Shown here: positions 59,137 through 64,000 of the stretch, one piece after another
Layout: the number at the start of each line of letters is the position of its first letter
Position numbering within the stretch: position 1 is the first letter of the stretch
From: an uncultured Chloroflexia bacterium
Lineage (GTDB): Bacteria; Chloroflexota; Limnocylindria; Limnocylindrales; CSP1-4
Length of the DNA stretch: 64,000 bases
Reading direction: 5' to 3'
NCBI GenBank assembly: GCA_963763775.1
Contig: CAVXPZ010000001.1
Location: 1,507,473 to 1,571,472 of the forward strand
Position numbers and translations under genes: made by a program
The notes under the pieces: model-generated
Told to the model about the DNA's origin: nothing
Database searches by the model: none
Seen by the model: only the letters and a program-made list of their open reading frames with translations

Positions 59137-60897
59137 TCAAAGATCGAGCGCAATGTCACCTTGGGGCTGGCTGCAGCAGATCAACAGATTGCCCTCGACC
59201 GGCGGCTCGACTGGGTCCGGCCGGTAGATGACGGAGCCGGAAATCAGCCCCGTCTCGCAAGTATGACAAACTCCGGTGCGGCACGACCAGCGCACGGGCA
59301 CATCGCACGCCTCGGCTAGTTCGAGCAGGCTGTGGAATGCGGAACCCCAGTGGACAGCGAGATTGCTGCGCGTAAAGGATACAAGCGGCCCGCCCGTGGC
59401 TTCCCCCGGCGGATGCGGCGGCCGCCGCGGGACCGCGGCGATGCCCGGCGTCATCGACTGGCCCGACCCGAAATTCTCGGTGTGCAGGCGGTCACGGGCG
59501 ACCCCCCAGCCTGCAAGGCCGTCGACGAGACCGCTCATAAACGCGGCTGGACCGCAGATGTAGAAGTCCGCATCGGGCGGGACGCCCATTTCCTCGAACA
59601 CGTCCACGCCGATGCGCCCCACCTTGTCGAAATCGACAGTCGGCCGATCGGTTGGCTTTGGCGCACTGTAGCGAATGTGGCTGCGGCTTCCGGGCAAGGT
59701 CTTGAGGAGCTCGCGCACCTCCGCCGCAAATGGATGCTCGCTGCTGTTGCGGGCACCGTGAATCCACCAAATCTCTCTCCGAGTTTGCTCGACGGCCAGT
59801 GCGTGCAGCATAGCGAGGACTGGGGTGGCGCCGATGCCGGCGCTGACAAGGACCACGGGACGCTCGCCCTGCCGCAACGTGAAGCTGCCGCGCGGGGCGC
59901 TTACATCAAGAATATCGCCTGCCTGAACCCGCGTATCGATGTAAGCCCCGGCAGCGCCATGCGGCTCGCGCTTGACGCTGATGCGATAGCGATCCTCGCT
60001 CGGCGCGCCCGACAGCGAATAGCTGCGTAGGAGAGCGCTCCCGTCGGGCCGTGGCCTGAGCCGCAATACGATAAACTGCCCCGCCAGGGCGGCCGTCAGC
60101 GGCTCACCGTCGGCCGGCTCCAGGACGAGCGAAGTGACATTGCTGCTTTCGTGCAGCTTGCGGGACACCCGCAATGAGCGGAAGCCTCGCCACGCGGGGG
60201 GCGGGCCCGTCGGTGGGCCAAGCCCGGGGTTACCTGTTATTCCGTTGCCTTTCCGTTCCCGGTCGAGCAGCGCCTCTAACGAGGTGCGCCAACCGGCACT
60301 CAATGCCGGGATACGCAACGCTCGTTCCAGCCCGCTCGCCGGGTGACCCGGCAAATATAACAGCGCATTGATCTCGGCGACGGCCACCCGCTCGGGACCC
60401 GCCTTGACCTTCACGATTTCGTCGCCGGCACCGACTTCGCCTTCCCCCAGGACCCGGAAATAGAATCCGGGCCTGCCGTGTGAGACGAGCAGTGCTGCCA
60501 TCTGAGGCTCGTTCATGCGGATGCCGACCCGATAGCAGGTGACGCGCGGCTGCGTCACTTCGAACAGGGCATCGCCGATCCGGTAATGATCGCCAATGCA
60601 CACTTCAGTATCCGCCAGTCCCTCGACTGTAAAATTCTCTCCGAACTGGCCATAGGTAAAGTCGTTTCGACCGAGCTGGTTTTGCCAATAACGATAAGAT
60701 TCGATCTGGTAGACAAAGACTGCCCGATGTTCGCCGCCATGCCCCGCCAAATCTCCTTGGCCGTCTCCATCGACGTTGAGCCGTCGTGTCATCCGTCGGC
60801 CCTGAACCGGCGTTTTCCAAACGGCGGTGTGGACAGTTTTCCCTTGCCACTCGATGTCGCGTGGCAGGCCCACATTTACTGAGAGCAACCTCGCCAT
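59137..60897 (-). CDS. MOSC + FAD/NAD-binding + 2Fe-2S ferredoxin fusion oxidoreductase
   Basis: FGENFT, QPRVTCY, RSYSLS, SAGIGATP, CGP, CRTGVCHTC...CC. Confidence 0.92.
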   Translation of the reverse strand: MARLLSVNVGLPRDIEWQGKTVHTAVWKTPVQGRRMTRRLNVDGDGQGDLAGHGGEHRAVFVYQIESYRYWQNQLGRNDFTYGQFGENFTVEGLADTEVCIGDHYRIGDALFEVTQPRVTCYRVGIRMNEPQMAALLVSHGRPGFYFRVLGEGEVGAGDEIVKVKAGPERVAVAEINALLYLPGHPASGLERALRIPALSAGWRTSLEALLDRERKGNGITGNPGLGPPTGPPPAWRGFRSLRVSRKLHESSNVTSLVLEPADGEPLTAALAGQFIVLRLRPRPDGSALLRSYSLSGAPSEDRYRISVKREPHGAAGAYIDTRVQAGDILDVSAPRGSFTLRQGERPVVLVSAGIGATPVLAMLHALAVEQTRREIWWIHGARNSSEHPFAAEVRELLKTLPGSRSHIRYSAPKPTDRPTVDFDKVGRIGVDVFEEMGVPPDADFYICGPAAFMSGLVDGLAGWGVARDRLHTENFGSGQSMTPGIAAVPRRPPHPPGEATGGPLVSFTRSNLAVHWGSAFHSLLELAEACDVPVRWSCRTGVCHTCETGLISGSVIYRPDPVEPPVEGNLLICCSQPQGDIALDL

Positions 60898-61045
60898 CGT
60901 TTTGATCTCCTCTCAAGAGAGGCCCAAGAGTAAGCACATTTCCGTCAGGGCCGATAATCCTGCCTTTGATCGAGCGTCAAATCGAGAGCGCGAAACTCAG
61001 GCCCGCCGGCGTCATCGTCACGAAAGGCAGGAACAGCTTGCCGCT

Positions 61046-61266
61046 CTTTCCAAACCGGCATTCTCTGGAAAGTCCGGGCGTTGCAGACATCTCGATTTCA
61101 TACCGCAGCGCCGAATGTCCGGAAAGGATCGGTTGCTGCCAAGGCACCTTTCCGACTTTGGTGTCTGCTTGGCCGGGTTACGCGCTGGAAAGCAGACAGG
61201 CCGCTTGCGGCCCGAGGGCGATGGCACCCATTTTTCTTTTGGCCAAGGATCGCCAAGAGGAGAAAG
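61046..61266 (+). other. Multi-hairpin non-coding leader of the small recombinase
   Basis: Inverted repeats CTTTCCA/TGGAAAG, CGGAAAGG/CCTTTCCG and TGTCTGCTT/AAGCAGACA, plus an imperfect stem over the RBS. Confidence 0.55.
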
Positions 61267-61269
61267 GCA

Positions 61270-61959
61270 ATGGGACACTCGGAATATGGTCCGGGCGCCA
61301 AAGAGCGGCGCCCATGGAGCGCGGGCCGGAAGCTTGGCGGCAAACGCGGGCTGAAGCCACAACAGGTCTGGGCCATCAGGTTCTGGCTGGATCGAGAGCG
61401 GCGGCTTCGAGACCGCGCAATGTTCGATCTCGCAATCGACAGCAAGCTCCGGGGATGCGACGTCGTTAAAGTTAAGATCGGCGATCTCACCAGCGGTGGC
61501 CGGGTGCGTGCACGCGCGATCGTCATTCAGCAGAAGACCGGCCAACCCGTTCAGTTCGAGCTTCTCGAACCCGCTCGCGGCAGTATTCTGGCATGGCTCG
61601 AACGCCGCGGCGGCACTCTCGACGACTTCGTCTTTCCAAGCCGGATCGATCATGCCGGTCATATCAGCACTCGGCAATATGCTCGGCTCGTTGATGAGTG
61701 GGTCAGCGGGATTGGATTACGCCACGAGGACTACGGGACGCATTCGCTCCGCCGAACCAAGGCATCGATCATCTATAAACAGACAGGTAACCTGCGCGCC
61801 GTGCAGATATTGCTCGGCCACACAAAGATCGAAAGTACCGTTCGGTACCTCGGCGTCGACATAGAGGATGCACTCGCCCTGGCGGAGGGCACGGAGGATA
61901 GCGATCTTAAGCGAGTATACACTATTTCCGGCCAGAAAAGGCGCGGCCCGTGCCATTAG
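61270..61959 (+). CDS. Small tyrosine recombinase (catalytic domain only)
   Basis: DSKLRGCD, KT, HSLRRTK, LLGH, TVRY. GAGGAG RBS precedes the ATG at 61270. Confidence 0.9.
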   Translation: MGHSEYGPGAKERRPWSAGRKLGGKRGLKPQQVWAIRFWLDRERRLRDRAMFDLAIDSKLRGCDVVKVKIGDLTSGGRVRARAIVIQQKTGQPVQFELLEPARGSILAWLERRGGTLDDFVFPSRIDHAGHISTRQYARLVDEWVSGIGLRHEDYGTHSLRRTKASIIYKQTGNLRAVQILLGHTKIESTVRYLGVDIEDALALAEGTEDSDLKRVYTISGQKRRGPCH

Positions 61960-61989
61960 TGATCAAGCAACGGCATAACAGCGATAGAA

Positions 61990-62017
61990 ATGCGGGAGGG
62001 ACGACCCCGTCCCGCAT
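61990..62017. terminator. Hairpin between convergent genes
   Basis: ATGCGGGA-GGG...CCC-G-TCCCGCAT stem. Confidence 0.55.
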
Positions 62018-62027
62018 AACGTTGCAA

Positions 62028-63290
62028 TCACTGCCACGCCGACACCGGGATCGGGAGCGGATCAGCGGGAACTAATGTGGCGACCGAGACATGCGGCCAG
62101 GACAAACCGTTGAAGTTCAGGATCACTGTCTGGCTATACTGGATCTGTGTCGACGTCACCTTGATGATGCGCGGCCCCGTCAGCTGAATCGGCGGATCGA
62201 GCAGGAACGACGGCACTGGAAGTCCGAACGGCGCTCCGCGGGGTTCGACCGTCGTCGGCGCGCTTCCGTTGGGAAAGTCTATGTGAAGCTGGTGTTCAAC
62301 GGTCTCGATCCAGAACACCGCGGACACCGTGACGGCGTTTGCGTTCGGGGTCGTGCCGGCCGCGTTGCCAAGAAGGAACGCGATATTGTCGGTTCCTCCG
62401 CCGAACAGCGGCGAGGCCGGATCGGTGCTCACGACGATCGTGGTCGTGGACAGAATATTTTGCACCGCGATGGCGTTCCTAAGCAATGAGTTTGGATCGT
62501 CCAACAAGGCCTGCGTAATCGTGCCGGCTTTGATCCAGGCCGTGAGGTCTTGCGGGATGCGCGCTGTATCCTGTTTCGACGCGGTCTGACTGGGGAACTT
62601 GATCGGAGCGCCGCCCCCAACCGGGAACGGAGTGATGTCGACAGAATGTATGTTTGGCGGGCCCGCCTTCGGGGGGAACGCCACACCCTGCGCCACGATG
62701 GTGGTCCCATGCGGGATCGAAGCTAAGCGCGCAAGAGATATGGGTTCCTGGGGGTTGGTCGTAACTGGGACGCTCAGCCAAATTCCAGGCTCGAAATGAA
62801 TGCCCGTCGGCGGGGCCGGATTTGTCACATCGTTGATCGACTGAACGTAGGGCACGCCGTTAAGGAAGATGTCATCCTGGAGCATGCCGCGATTAGGGAT
62901 CGAGCCCAGACTCGGGGAGAACGACAGCGTCTCCGATGTCAAATTGAGTTCCAGGAGGTTGTCCCCGGGCACCGGGATCGGCAGCGGGAAGGTCTGCTTT
63001 TGCGGCCGGAAGATCGTGTTGAAGCCGATGCCGCTCCAGGTCCCCACGAAGTCTGAAAGAGGCCCGAGTGACGGCGGACCCGACACCGCGGCTGCGGCGA
63101 CATGGCCTTGCAAGACCTCGGGGGCTCTTGGACGAACTTCATGGATTTTGAAGCCGATCGGTATGGAAAAGGCTGATTCGAGGCGATCCGCCAATGTGAT
63201 CCTCCATGAGCTGCTAATTTCGTTTGATCTGGCATTCTCCACATACCGAGAATATGCCATACGCGTATTGTAAATCTCCTGCAGTGACAT
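62028..63290 (-). CDS. Uncharacterised 'heme-binding protein'-type beta-rich protein (start uncertain)
   Basis: GPL...VGTW.G.GFNTIFRP, IPNRG, GIHFEPGIWL, SIPHG, QYSQTV.LNF..LSWPHVSVATL. Family recalled, not searched. Confidence 0.65.
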   Translation of the reverse strand: MSLQEIYNTRMAYSRYVENARSNEISSSWRITLADRLESAFSIPIGFKIHEVRPRAPEVLQGHVAAAAVSGPPSLGPLSDFVGTWSGIGFNTIFRPQKQTFPLPIPVPGDNLLELNLTSETLSFSPSLGSIPNRGMLQDDIFLNGVPYVQSINDVTNPAPPTGIHFEPGIWLSVPVTTNPQEPISLARLASIPHGTTIVAQGVAFPPKAGPPNIHSVDITPFPVGGGAPIKFPSQTASKQDTARIPQDLTAWIKAGTITQALLDDPNSLLRNAIAVQNILSTTTIVVSTDPASPLFGGGTDNIAFLLGNAAGTTPNANAVTVSAVFWIETVEHQLHIDFPNGSAPTTVEPRGAPFGLPVPSFLLDPPIQLTGPRIIKVTSTQIQYSQTVILNFNGLSWPHVSVATLVPADPLPIPVSAWQ

Positions 63291-63396
63291 CAGACATTCG
63301 TCCTATACCGACATCTCCCGAATCACCCACTTGTCGAGGATGAGATTGGCGCGCTGCCGTGATTCTCCGGCATACCAAAGGACATCAGACGAAAGG

Positions 63397-63938
63397 CTAC
63401 AGTCCGCTTGGGAGCTTGGATCGCATCATCTCTTTTCTATCGATCTTGCCCCCATCGACGACAAACGTGCCATTGCCAACAGCATGGATCATTCTTTTCT
63501 CCTCGCGGGCACTGTCAAAATATGCGGCAACGCCTTCGAGCACGACGATGCTGTGCCGGTCGATGATGTCGACAACCCGGCATTCGATATTTGCGAGGCA
63601 CTCCTTGATGAGCGGCGCTCGGACATATCTGGCTTTAACGGGGTGAGACCGAACTTTTCAAACCTGTCCGTAACTTCTCCAGAACATGTTCCCACGCCAA
63701 TGGCCATATCAATTAGATCGACTGTGGGGATTGAAATCACGCATTCCTACGTTTCCAGAAGTGCGGCATAAGAATGGTTCCAAGGCTCGGTGGTGATGGC
63801 AAATGGGGCTGAAAAGCCTATTACCATGGTCCAGGTGATGGTCATCACATTGTCTTTCTGACCGTCGTTCGTCGTGACCAGAACAACTGGTCCCGGCTCT
63901 ATCAGCGTTAATGCCTTGCTGAGCAGCAGAATTCCCTT
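63397..63938 (-). pseudogene. Flavin reductase family pseudogene
   Basis: KALTLIEPGPVVLVTT...NVMTITW, APLIKECLANIECRV, IHAVGNGTF. In-frame TAG near 63748, a frameshift and no clear start. Confidence 0.75.
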
Positions 63939-64000
63939 ACCCGCCTCAGTCCTGCATGGACCGTTGTACTCATAGCATTGTAGCCTGGGAATAGTGCCGA

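Larger units (their letters stand above)
53837..64000. mobile_element. Genomic island integrated at tRNA-His (other end beyond window)
   Basis: att fragment, adjacent integrase, mixed-composition cargo, pseudogenes and a second recombinase. Confidence 0.65.

Overview
The window splits into two parts of apparently different origin, joined near 50,935. The left part (1 to ~50.9 kb) is very GC-rich and its gene content resembles soil Chloroflexota/Actinomycetota (inference). It holds: (1) a complete-looking non-phosphorylative L-fucose-type catabolic cluster with an ABC importer and a GH42 beta-galactosidase; (2) two GT87-like membrane proteins; (3) a 12 kb array in which three degenerate copies of tRNA-Gly(CCC), each with the same CCTCCCGA leader and a -10-like box, precede one intact tRNA-Gly and separate integrase-free blocks of mostly antisense cargo genes; (4) a ferritin-like / STAND-LuxR / ferredoxin-cyclase trio; (5) a tagatose-1,6-bisphosphate-type sugar cluster; and (6) miscellaneous enzymes. 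The right part (~50.9-64 kb) has lower GC and looks alphaproteobacterial (Hyphomicrobiales-like). It holds mtnA, then a tRNA-His 3' att fragment and integrase marking a genomic island with redox/repair cargo and a small tyrosine recombinase with a highly structured leader. Many genes carry frameshifts, most simply explained by long-read indel errors. All calls come from reading the sequence by eye; no database searches were run.
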